A DNA stretch of 42,999 nt from Phoronis australis (lineage: Eukaryota > Animalia > Phoronida), in assembly GCA_002633005.1 (NCBI GenBank), contig NMRA01000030.1, forward strand, positions 1,090,237-1,133,235, in the 5' to 3' direction. Every line of letters begins with the position of its first letter. The stretch's first letter is position 1. This document shows, piece after piece, positions 1-11,399 of this stretch. A model generated the notes under the pieces. That model was not told where the DNA came from and searched no databases. It was given only the letters and a program-made list of their open reading frames with translations. The translations under genes and the position numbers were made by a program.

Positions 1-661
1 AGACATCCAACAAGTGGAGAGTCCTAGCTTGGATAGCAGATAAGACATTTGATCGTTTGGTTGTTTGATTAAAGTAATCTTTTAAGAGGGCGCTAGCATA
101 GTTTCTCTTTGTAGTTGATTACTTAATTAACAATAGGTTTCATTTGTCTAATTAGGGGTTATCATATAATAAATTAATTACTGGATTTGATTATTCACTC
201 TCCATCTACGCACAACTTCAAAGCATAGCTACCTTTTAAACAAACCCACACAGACAATCGTCTGACACACCTGAATAGAACACATAAATCACAATATATA
301 TGGGATTAGGAAAGCAATATACATTACAAGGGCATGCCTCGTTTTGGTCACCTATTGTACTATACTAGTTGAGGTTCCTTACGGCAAAGAAAACGTGTTT
401 AACTATAGACTTATTCAATTTGGGGTTGTGAATTCGTGTGAAGGAAACAAAAACAAAACAAATGATGATTAGGTTTTAATGAAGGCATGTTTTGAAACAA
501 ATGTGAAATAGCACATTCCAAATTTCTTAGAAAGCAGCCTTTCTTAAAAACCGCAAAACAAGCCAAGACATTTGAGTATCGCTGGTTTCTGACCGAGGAG
601 CCTCGATTTGAGATGCATACACAGAGAAACTTTTAAAACAGGATGCGGTCTTTTTATTTAG

Positions 662-820
662 GTCAATGGGACGATTGGCAACCTTGGAGCAAATGCAGCA
701 CGAGTTGTGGCGTAGGTGAGCGGAATCGCTACAGAACTTGTAGTAACTGGAAGTTGGACAATTGCGTTGGAAACAAAACACATGTGGAGGAATGCATCGA
801 TAACACGGAATGTGGAATTG
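662..820 (+). CDS. TSP1/TSR-domain exon A1 of a multi-exon extracellular protein gene
   Basis: ttttatttag|GT...ATTG|gtaag; 159 nt, phase 1-1; [51 protein letters not shown] has WxxWxxW, CSxxCG, RxRxR and 6 Cys. Confidence 0.9.
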
Positions 821-1774
821 GTAAGGTAACATTAGGTCTGTCAGAAAATTAAAGGTGACGAGCAAACAGCTGTTCTATATTTAAATTCGTGTGAACTATT
901 TTGGAAGCGAAAACGCAGTTTTAAGATACTACTTTTTAATCTGTGTGTTTCGAAAAGAACTTTGTTCAACAAAAAGAACCTTACGTTACTTAATTGTTGA
1001 TACAAGTTCCAGCAATTTGAGTCTTAATTATCCTAACAAAATTTTACGGCAACGACCGACTTTGGAGGCTGGTTGTTATCTGGCTCCTTAACGATTTCTT
1101 CACGTCGGATTTTTATTGAGTATCCGTCAACTATAGCAAGGGGGGACTTCACTACTGTTGACATGTGTGGAGCTTCATAAATCGACTTTATGGGATCATG
1201 GAATGCTTAGCGACTAAGGAGGTTGGAATTGCAGGGTATAGTTCAGTAACGCTATGACCTCGCTAAAATCTAGTCAAAATCATGTGTTCTCATTTGTAAT
1301 ACACGACAATATCCTGGATTTTAGCAAGGTCTTAGTGTTGCTGAACTCTGCCCAGGATTGGACCAACAAATACCTGTTTATGTGCTGGACTGCAAAGGAA
1401 ACGAGAAGGAGTCGAGAAAAATACAAGTTACGCTGGGTGGATGGGTTACAGTTTAGTGACCCAAGACACAATGCATGTGTTGAAGTTTCTATCTGTGTAG
1501 CTGGAAACATGCAGATATCAGATGAATGCTGTCGCCAGGACTCAAGCCGCAAAAAGTGGATGCAAAAGAAATGAATTTGAGACTGTGACAGTCAGGAATA
1601 CATATTTCATGAACCTTGTGTACATGTATTATTTTCATAGTGCCTCTCAGAATATTTTTTATGATCGATATATAACCCGAATGATATATAATAGTTCGTG
1701 CGTCACAGGCTCGTTACCAGAGATGAAACTTCCCAAAAAAGCCATGCGGACTAACTCCCCTGTCCCACTTTAAG

Positions 1775-2099
1775 ATATGATATCGTGATATTCCGTGACA
1801 GATCGGCAATTTTCGTGGAGCAGGGGAGTTAGTCCACGTGGGCTTTTTGGGAAGATTTTTGTGCTTTGACCGCGAATTTCTTGCGAACTAGTCGCTGAAG
1901 CAGGACACCGTCAATGGTATTAGAAGAAACGACAATCGCTCATTGTTTGTCAAACCCCTGTTTTGTGTAAATTTATTGAGTTTTGTGTTTGATACGGCTG
2001 AATTGAAACATCCGTGGAATTTCTAGTCCCGAATGTCATACCTTGTAGTATATTATAGTGTATTGGGGACAATCAGAAGCTGAGGACGCCTATAGTCTA
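1775..2099. repeat. Dispersed non-autonomous DNA-transposon repeat, copy 1 (TAG terminus, Academ-like)
   Basis: Aligns by eye to the reverse complement of about 42621-42990; both copies end in TAGACTA/TAGTCTA. An internal hairpin (arms about 1726-1768 and 1816-1860) overlaps it. Confidence 0.7.
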
Positions 2100-2105
2100 G
2101 AACAG

Positions 2106-2353
2106 GGACCCTTTCCAACAAAACTGACTTAGCTAAAACAAATCATAAATTTTAATAAATCCTAAAATAAAAGTTAAATTTATCTCAAAACCAAATCAAG
2201 AAAGAGATCTTGAGTTTGACTTAAGTATATGACCTAAGTTTTGCCTAAACTTTGACTAACTTTCCAAATGTGGAAGTTTCAAAGTTTGGAAGTTAAGACA
2301 AACCTTAGACTTAAGTCAAAAATGAACTTAAGTCAATTTCTTGGAACAGCCCC
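2106..2353. mobile_element. MITE, PIF/Harbinger-like
   Basis: Imperfect TIRs GGACCCTTTCCAACAAAACTGACTTAG / rc GGGGCTGTTCCAAGAAATTGACTTAAG; 3-bp CAG direct repeat at 2103-2105 and 2354-2356; internal ACTTAAGT-type repeats. Confidence 0.6.
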
Positions 2354-2866
2354 CAGATCTTGCTGATCGGGTCGCCAGTCCTTCCATGTTGCGGACACGA
2401 ATCAATTCCATGCACGACACACGACGGAGCCGGTGGAAAAGTTGTGCAAACGTATGTCATTGCCGCTGACATTGTTACACCCGTGCACCTCGCAACGCGG
2501 CATTTTAGCCCAGAGATTGACAAATAAAGAACGGCAAAGAAATGGCACTCAGCTGTCACGCAGCGTGGCTCCCGAGTAAATTTCGTGGCCACGATGTCAT
2601 ATGAACCACTTTACGCTGATTAGCTGGAGCGCTAGAAGGGGTTACGAATTATGCACGGTGTAATTTGTGTCGCAATTAATTACTTTCTGTGGTATGTAAG
2701 AAGCAAAAACAACATTTTTGCGTTTCCGGTGTCAAAAGGTGTTTTAGCCGCTGGAGGCTGTCTTTAAGAGCTGATCATTTAAAATTCCAGACTCCTGGAG
2801 AATGGGTACTAAGATTTGACTAGTGTGTCCAATGAAGCTTTACAAGATGCGGTCTACTTCATTTAG

Positions 2867-3025
2867 GTCAGTGGAAAAATTGGCAGTCTTGGAGCAAATG
2901 TAGTACTAGATGTGGCGACGGTGAACGGGTGCGCTACAGGACTTGTAGTAACTGGAGGCTGAACAATTGCAATGGAACCTACACGGAGTCAGAGAAATGC
3001 CGTGATCGCACAGAGTGTGAGAGTG
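2867..3025 (+). CDS. TSP1/TSR-domain exon A2 (paralogue of A1)
   Basis: catttag|GT...AGTG|gtaag; 159 nt, phase 1-1; [51 protein letters not shown]; missed by the ORF track. Confidence 0.9.
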
Positions 3026-3775
3026 GTAAGATGAAAGCAAGTCTGTTTTAAAGTGGTGGGGTAGGGGTTTGAAATAGCGCTTACTGGCGGCATGAAATTA
3101 TTATCAAGTGCTGTTTTTGCCATTTACTCTCTAGTTTAAAAAAATCATGATTTCGTGGGCTTTTCATTCAGCGTTTTGTAAATATCGTCTTGTTCACTCT
3201 AGTGCGCACGCGCAACGCAGACTTACCTCGGTGAGTTGTATTGTTAACGCCAGTATCGACCGGCCAATTTTTGTACCTGGTACTCAAATAACACCTGTCT
3301 TTTCCGTTACTTTTGTTTAAAAGTAACACAATCTAATAACGTCACCTACTTGCAACTCACTCGAATTTTTGTTACAAAGAAAATGACGTCGACCAAAGTG
3401 ATATTTGATTTGCCCGGATGCAGTTCAGTGGTAATTATTTTTTGAAAATTTCAACGAAGTAGAAACAATTCTTTCATTTGTTTCGGATTGATCAAAGTAC
3501 ACTTAAACGAAGAGTTGGCGAATATTTGCTCAATACTTTACGCTCTATTTGATGACGCTCAAAATCGACGCATTCGATCACCCCGAAAATGTCGGAAAGT
3601 GGTAATCGTGTTAATTTACTCAAAGAGGCGTGTAATTAGGGTCATTAACGTTCTAAAGCTGTACCATTTCATATTAGGTTTGCCAAACTGTGTTGTTCGA
3701 CGCTATAACCGGGAACAATACAACCTGGCTAATTTTAAGATAAAATATATATACTAAACCTGACGTGTATAATAA

Positions 3776-4138
3776 AAGGACACTAGACCCTGTTTTGATT
3801 ATTTCAGCCAATCCTCGTTCTGTCACCCACTAATGCATCTCTTACGCTAATCTTGAAAGATAAAAGCAGGAATCAACTAAAAGCTTAATATACTCCCTAT
3901 GTCACAGATTGGGTATTATGATTGGTGGGTGGTCTTTTTTTCACAATTGCCTTTGCAATTCACTAAAATCGTAAGTCACGCTTGCCCGTTTAGCAGACAT
4001 TGAACGGAGTTTTTTAAAATTTTCCTCCAAACCTTTGAGGGTTGTCGAAGGTTATAGAGTATAATTTTGTGTCAAGTAATTGTATGAGAATGTCTTTTGT
4101 AATATCTGTTCATAAGCCAATACCGGTTCAGTATCCTT
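3776..4138. mobile_element. Kolobok-like MITE
   Basis: TIRs AAGGACACTAGACC / rc AAGGATACTGAACC; flanks ATAA (3772-3775) and TTAA (4139-4142). Confidence 0.5.
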
Positions 4139-4540
4139 TTAAGACACTTGTCTCTTAAAGGTAATACAGATGCGCCTGTCTGCCATGTGAACATTGCCTT
4201 TTTCACCTGGATGAGTATGAACTTCATCTAGAAACATGGCCACATCGTTGCCTGTCAGCCCTTTAACGCCCCAAGATTCCCTTAGACTCGTACCGGACTA
4301 TTTGGCGTTTTTTCTTACCGTTCTCATGAGGTGGAAGCAAACAGCTGAATGTCTGAAGCAGATGTAGTCTGGGGACTGGGAAAGGGACCCGCGCCCACAA
4401 TAATTTGCTGGCATCGGTAGGAAGCACCAATGGCGGAAGGTGACCTCTTGGATGGTCACTCTTTCCATTGATGTTAGTGGTTAACCTTTCAACCCGCACA
4501 AAGCTGAGAAAATCCCCGGAATCGGCTTCTGTCTTCACAG

Positions 4541-4708
4541 TTTCAGCCTCGACCAACCAGTGGGAATCTTGGAACTTGTGGTCGACTTGCAGTCAGACGT
4601 GTGGTCTTGGAAGTATCCGAAGAGTCAGAAAATGTGACGGTAGCTGTGACGTAGGAGCTAACATCCAGACGAAATTTTGCGAGATCACAAAGTGCAAGCC
4701 AATGACAA
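4541..4708 (+). CDS. TSP1/TSR-domain exon B1
   Basis: cttcacag|TT...ACAA|gtaag; 168 nt, phase 1-1; SASTNQWESWNLWSTCSQTCGLGSIRRVRKCDGSCDVGANIQTKFCEITKCKPMT. Confidence 0.9.
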
Positions 4709-6484
4709 GTAAGATAATTCCACTGTTTTGTCTTGGAATTGTGGATGATATTCTTTCATTTTCTCCAAACGTCACTGAATCCGCCATCAGCGGTCTGAGA
4801 ATCCTCTATCAAGTGCTATGCCAAAGTAGTGTCCATTGATGGCGATTGTTTTGAAAATGTAAAAGCCCTAAACATGAATTAGGTAGACCTATACAAATGG
4901 CTTATTGCATATTGTATGCGCTTTTTGCACGCCCGAACGAATCTTGCCCTAGTCAGCTAAATTACTTTCTCCATGTTTCTCATTTCAAAAAGATGTGTAA
5001 ACAATCGTTATACAGCTTGTTTGGCACGACTTTGAATAAAGCGGTTGCTTGTCATTTTCAATGATTTTTTTTATTTTCACAATGCACCGTTATTTTTTTC
5101 TTTAAGTCATTGTCTCAATGAGTAATCTAGTTAAAAAATCTTGAAAATGTATCCTAAATTAAGTAATATGTAATATAAAATAATGTTTACCTCCTGTCTA
5201 TCTTCAATCAAAAAGCCTTTTTGACCACAATTTTGGACCCGGGCCGATGTTAGAAAATCATCGACTATTCCTGTCTATTTCCGTGATCAGAGTTCCCTGT
5301 GGATCAGTCAACGTTTCCTGAGTGACGGTCATATAGTCCTTAAAATGATGTCACCGTGAGCGTAAAAGCATTGTTATTTACTTTTTTAATTCTCATTTTT
5401 GTACTTCTTTTTGTAAAAATTTGATTTTTCATTGTCCAAATGTTATCTGTTCTTTGCATATGACGAGTAGTAGTTAATGCAATCATAAGTTTGTGAATAC
5501 TTCGCATCTCCCTTCAGTCAACATTGAGTACTGTCAGCCTTGACTCATCTGGAGGATACGCCACATTTCAGCAACATTGCCCGTTCTGGTAATAAATTAG
5601 AGGAAAAACCTTTCTTGATCAGCAAATATCTTTTGTTTATCATTGATGCAAATTACCGGCAATCGCTGTGTGTCCACCGGGACGTGTGTGTGCGCATTTC
5701 CGCGTAACTTGGTAGCAAATCGCAACCGACTTTACTGGCCGTTAAAATGTAAAGTAAAAAACAAAAAACCCACACTACCATGTTTCAACAAACAAAAACA
5801 CGCTTTACCTCAAAACAGTGCGCTCTTCACCAGAATTGTAGTATCACGCACCTGTTCTTCATTTTTGCTCCCCGGACACGACAACCGACGAAGTTTCCTC
5901 GGCAGTTGCCAATGCGTCACTTCGCCGGGAAAATAATTGCTAAATTGACTTTAATTTTCAATCATTAGACAAAACCTATTTTAAAGCGTGACAAAAATTT
6001 GCAAGAGATACCTCCATTGTCTAAAAATTAAAATTCCGCAACTGAAACTTCACACAGGGAGGAGCAAGGGTAGTGAACTGCTGAGATGAATGTTGGCGAT
6101 GGGAAACTATGACGCAGTACTTTTTAATTTCTTGGTAACGCGAATTTCAGCTATTCAAGGCCCGCAGAGCTAATAAATGTATTCATTCGGTGCCGCGAAG
6201 CACAGATGTCGGCGCGGCTGGCCAGGCGGTCGGGCTCCGTCAAGTAGTACCTTATACGAATGCTTCAGGCCAAATGGGTATTCTTCTTTTTACTTTAAAC
6301 TCAATACCTTTATTATACCATTTGGCACCATACACTGTATCAAGTTTTCTTTCTTAAGTTATTTCGCCACCAGTTGATATTCCGTCGATTGTTGGCCGCC
6401 AGCCGCCTAACAAAGTCGCCTGAAACCACCGGTATCTTGGACTTCTCTGTCTGAATTTATTTTCAATATTTTTGCACGTTTAAT

Positions 6485-8760
6485 GGGGCTATTTGACGCG
6501 GTGTCGCTGCTGTACTAGTGGTGATTGAATTGCGCATGCGTCGCTGTCTGCATGTAAACAGCTGGTAAAAAGACGGAATTGTTATCAAAATACGTCGTCG
6601 CGCTAGGCATTATTATTGCTATTTTCCCGGGTGCAAATCTTCGACAGGTGGTCATAAATGCCCAAAAAGACCTGATCTTACTACAGGCGTGGAGAATTGC
6701 GGTCAAAAGGATTAACCAAATGACAAAAAGTAGGCCTATGTGGATGCCGAAGCCTCACACCCCGCGTGTGTGCTCTATGGAGTTCCATTGAGAGACTACA
6801 AAATCATGTTCCTAATTGGTACGTTTTTACCAATTAGTTTCTATCGACATCGCTCAGTTATGTTATACCCACCAGTTACTCCACTGAATAACGGGTTTCT
6901 TCGGTGGAACTGAGTGTTTCTCTTCAGTGCTCCCAATATAAGAGATGTATTGGACGTGCCGCTCAGCAGTCGAGGGTGACTTTTCACAGCAGTTACTCTT
7001 CAAAGTTATGCTATGTCCAATAAAATTCTCTAGATGAGTGAGTTTCTTTATTTTATAACGGACCTCACCCCCAGGACTACCAGATTATAGTTACTGAATT
7101 AACATGAATGAGCTATTCCGTAAATTCGTAACATTGCATTGGAATAAATATTGACACCAAGAATGAATTTTATTTGTTGAGAACAGAAACACATTTTAGG
7201 TGTCATGAAAAATACACATTATTAAATCAGTTTTAGCCTGTTTCACATCTTTTAATTCAGATCTTAAGTGAGGCTTGGGTACAAAGATTATTAGTTTCTA
7301 CATATAAACATGAAGATGAAATTTCAAGTAAGTTCTGCCTTACAAAAGTAGTTTTATCTTGTGTTTTCTTTTATAATTTGATAATATTTCCCTGACTATT
7401 CTGTTACAGGTGAGAAAAAACCACGGAAACCAGCCGCTTTACCACCTATTTTACCTTTCTACAAAGTGAAAAGCAGCCCTTCAGCAATAACCTGCGAAAA
7501 TTGAAACACTCAATTCAGAAAGTCAGCCCTTGATATCGCGGATAATGGATTCTGTTGCATTAGGGAAATTACAATTGTTTTCAACAAATAATGTTGTTTC
7601 TTTGTATGCATGTGATTGTTCAGTTTGCCATTTTGTTTTTAAGACACTGATTATTGTTCATTCTCAAATCTTGTGCATCGCAGATTCTTATCCAGCTAGC
7701 TACGATTGGAAACATACTTAAAACATACTTTGGAACTTTTGTTATATACAAGTTAACACAAAACTTAAAACTGTTCAAACGCCTTCGTAAGAAAGCTCGA
7801 ACAATAGTTTCACAGATAAACAAATCAAATGCAAACAAATGGAATACTTCGTTTTGACATTTCTATAGGCCAACAGGAAAATGACAGTTCGCAAGCGTAA
7901 TCGGTAATCACTTCAGTTTTATAATGAAGCAGCACAACTGCTCTGTATGGGGCTTTAAAACTGAAAAAAATATAGTGGTTTGAATAATTAGTGACAAACT
8001 TAACTGTTGATGAAATTCATCATAGTGTAACATTAACGGGCTTTATACTGACAGAAAGACAATCGGTGCAGTCACTGAATGTCATTTCCGCATAATGCGT
8101 ACAAAATTGAAAAGTTTTACCATTAGTATAAAGCCTTTCTTCTGAAAGGAAAAGTTATTGTCACTCAGTGAGAAAGGACAGGTATTTATACCAAATGCTC
8201 TTGGTTTTCATTTCACTGGGATCGAGTTTCAATGGCCTATATTAACGATTGTAAAAAAGGTCCAGTTTCGGCAAGTGGCTTTCCTTCATGTAACCTCATT
8301 CAGCCTCAATAACGTCCACAATTAGATCCTTGAAGGTAAACACAGCATCATATCACTTGACTCGCTTTGTGCCCAAAATATGACCCTGAACTAGATCAGA
8401 GTGTTGCAACGTCTTACGTTTCTTCCAGGAAAGGAAATAGCCATTGTTGTCCACGCACGACTGGTTTCCTATTAAAAGGCCTCCTCACCAACGAGGCTGG
8501 CTGGTGTAGCACACAGATATAGCTCCTCTTCACACACAAACAATCCACTGGCACATTTTCCTTTGGTACCGCGATTCACATTTTTCCAGGGCCACTGGCT
8601 TGTACATTGTGCCATGCAGCACTGCTGATGCGTGGACGACATGCTGTGGGAAGAGAAAGGAGTAACAAAGCTTAAAGTGGCCTTAAAAATGTCACTGTAC
8701 CTGAAACAAATATTGAAACATAAATAATTAAGTACGTCAGGTTGGGTAAAAAATGTTGCC
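6485..8760. mobile_element. Decayed ISL2EU-type (PIF/Harbinger-related) DNA transposon, right end not found
   Basis: Left end AT|GGGGCTATT; THAP-like segment on + (6579-6791: AWRIAVKR...WMPKPHTPRVCSMEF); weak HTH-like piece about 7650-7850; convergent YqaJ exonuclease relic on -. Confidence 0.7.
8235..8700 (-). pseudogene. YqaJ/lambda-exonuclease relic of ISL2EU element
   Basis: Frameshifted pieces AVLHGTMYKPVALEK, SGLFVCEEELYLCATPASLVGEE, LVQGHILGTKR..DAVFTFKDLIVDVI...HLPKLDLF match YqaJ motifs (HG..YE, GL.V...YL.ASPDG, QVQGQ); acceptor tttgtttcag at about 8701. Confidence 0.75.
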
Positions 8761-8913
8761 CTTTCAGGATATATTGACTCTCAGTTTTGACAACCCTTTT
8801 GAGTTCGACAGTTTAAACTCGGCTTTCCGCAAGAAATGCTATCGCAACAAGGCTGAGTAAATCACCGGAATCGGATGAATGGCCCTTAGTTATCCGGACT
8901 TCTGCCTTTACAG

Positions 8914-9081
8914 TTTCACACTTCTCGAACCAGTGGGAATCTTGGGACTTGTGGTCGCTTTGCAGTCAGACTTGTGGTCTTGGAAGTATCCGGAGATTTA
9001 GAAAATGTGACGGTAAATGTGACATGGGAGTCTACACCGAGACAAAAGTTTGCCAGATCACTAAGTGCAAGACGATGACAA
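8914..9081 (+). CDS. TSP1/TSR-domain exon B2 (paralogue of B1)
   Basis: cctttacag|TT...ACAA|gtaag; 168 nt, phase 1-1; SHFSNQWESWDLWSLCSQTCGLGSIRRFRKCDGKCDMGVYTETKVCQITKCKTMT. Confidence 0.9.
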
Positions 9082-9514
9082 GTAAGATGAATTCCATTAT
9101 TTTATCTTGGAATAGTTGGCTCTTTCTTTTCCTCCAAACTACACTGAGTCTTGTCTCAAGTGAGAATGACGCGCCATACGAAAGTTGTTTGCCTTAACGA
9201 AGATGTTCTATCAGAAAACTCATGAGGTGCAGGGCTATGCAGACGGCACATTGTATAGTACATCCTCTCGCATGTCATGTAAGGCCAAACTAAATGAGTC
9301 TTGGGAAAACAAATGCCTTAGACAGCAAAATTTCTGATGGAGTTGATCGTTTGTCAATTTTCCTAATTTCGAAATGTATGAATATTCCTTATAGCTGTTC
9401 AATCCTCTCACTGTGCGCAAAACTACCCATGGTCTTGTTCAAGTCATCAATCAACGTATACTGGCAAACTGTTTTTGTACTTTGTTTTTGAGATTTGACA
9501 AGTACACAACATTC

Positions 9515-10590
9515 AGTTATAATCCGACGGTCACCCGAACACCCCTATATTAACGTCCGCATGTTACATAATGTTGCTAACCAACATCCTATGAAGGATT
9601 TTTCTCATATTTTGTACGAAGGTGTAGATGGGGCAACTCTAGACACCAGCTGAATTTTGTGACCTTGGCATCATTTTCAAGGTCAATGAGACGAAATCAA
9701 GTTTTGACTTGGGGAACATGTTGTTGGCGCGATAGCTCAAGAGTCCTCAACGTTAACAACATTAGTTTTTGGCCAAAGTAGAAGTAAGAAGTGGCGCGAG
9801 CACATCATAGATTGCCGAACACAGTGGCCTGTGTACTCATTTTATCAACACTATAGGGTTTCTCCGAGGTCAAAGTTCTTGATTATGACTATAACTTTGT
9901 GGAACATTTGATCCGTGAGGCTATTCTCATACAGACCCTCCATGCCGAGAGGTCCGGCGCTCAATGGGCTAGAGTTGGGATAGAGTTTATAGTTTTGAAG
10001 ATATATTCTGTTACGATATTTTGTTTCCTGAGTACCATTGTACCTGAGGTTGATATTTGATTAATGTCGAAACGTCGTTTTCATGCTGCTCTCTAGTGAC
10101 CCTCACTTTTTTCCATATTATTTGCGGTGCTATGGGTGGGACTTTTCCAAGATCACGGCCTTAAAATCAAGTTGTCGACGTGATATGTCAATAAGGATTT
10201 TTTAAATCGAGTATATATTTTGAAAATGGGGAATTCCAAGCAACAATTGATTTCAGTGACTTTTACGTCATTTTCAATAAGGAAATCAATTTTGACTCGG
10301 TTAAAATGCTGCTGGCACGACATTTCAGAAACGTAGCTTGGATTTATTTCACTATTTGCTCTAGGGTGCGTTGGGAAAGAATCTCCTGACGCGTTTTAGT
10401 CATTGACATTAGCATCATTTTCAAGGAATCGCCGATAAAACCAAGTTTTGCCTAGAGAAAACAATGTTGGCGCGTTGTCTCAGGAAGAAAGCTTAATTTA
10501 AATTAAGGTACATTTTTCGTCAAATATTTGGTCGGTATTTACACATGCCATGTGATTTTGGCAACCTTGACCTGTTTTTCAATGTCGTAG
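9515..10590 (+). repeat. Degenerate tandem array of about 150-bp units (Helentron/HINE-like core), interrupted by a Penelope relic
   Basis: Recurring GACCTTG..CATCATTTTCAAGGTCA...AAATCAAGTTTTGAC...TGTTGGCGCG motif at about 9660, 10140, 10258, 10405 and 10565. Confidence 0.5.
9780..10085 (+). mobile_element. Penelope-like retroelement 3' relic (GIY-YIG C-terminus plus degenerate hammerhead)
   Basis: EVRSGASTS*IAEHSGLCTH.../EVKVLDYDYNFVEHLIREAILIQ, followed by AC-CTGAGGT-T-GATATT(tgatt)AATGTC-GAAACGTC-GT at 10042-10078. Confidence 0.7.
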
Positions 10591-11190
10591 ATAAAGAATC
10601 CTACACGAGTATGAGGGTCATGACATGGACAAAACCTCTTGGAAATTTCGTCAAAATCCCGAGGTTTATTTTAAGCTTAAGAGTTGTAAATAGCATTCAG
10701 CTTCCATAGCAAACATTCAAGTTAGAATCTAATAAATAGTTTCTGAAGTTGTAATATTAAAACTTGAAAAATATCTATAAATAAAAGTCAGCGGGGCTTC
10801 ACCGCGCATGAGCCCTGGATTGACCTTGAGACGGCACAGCTAGTCACCGCGTTCCTTGAGTTGGGGCTCGTCTCCGTTTGAATGAACGTGGATATGGAAC
10901 TCGCCGCCAAAGATGGGCCTGTTTAAGACGTCGTTTGCATTTCCTTGCGACGGGGAATACGTACAGTTGCGACACCCGATTTGTCAATCATAACTTTGTC
11001 ACCTTCTTGGAATTCCTGCATTGTTTGGTTGGCGTGGTTGTTTCAGTGTTTTGCAGACGATAAAACGTAAGGCGTATGGATTTCTACTTTGCACTACTTT
11101 GTGATTTGCCATGTTATTTCAAACAATTATATACTCGGTGTTATTAACCAGTGGTGTCGTAACACATTCCAGGTCATGTGAGAAAAAGAT
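10590..11190 (+). repeat. Dispersed repeat, copy 1 (internally deleted); possibly Crypton-like non-autonomous element
   Basis: Long direct similarity to 19893-20650; lacks about 230 bp that includes the second hairpin arm. Confidence 0.75.
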
Positions 11191-11399
11191 AGTTAAGAGA
11201 TCTTGGGAAGTTTTGATTCATATTTCACACTGCGGTGTGGGTAAGGTTTTTCTCGGCGTCAGTTGATTTTGCCGGTCTTGGCTTCGCTTTCAAAGTGAAA
11301 ATGGTTGGCTTCATCAGCCTCACATTTACTAATCAAAACAACCGACGCCGACCGCTAGGCCTGTAGCCTGTGTTGTCACTCGCATGTACGTGTTACGCC

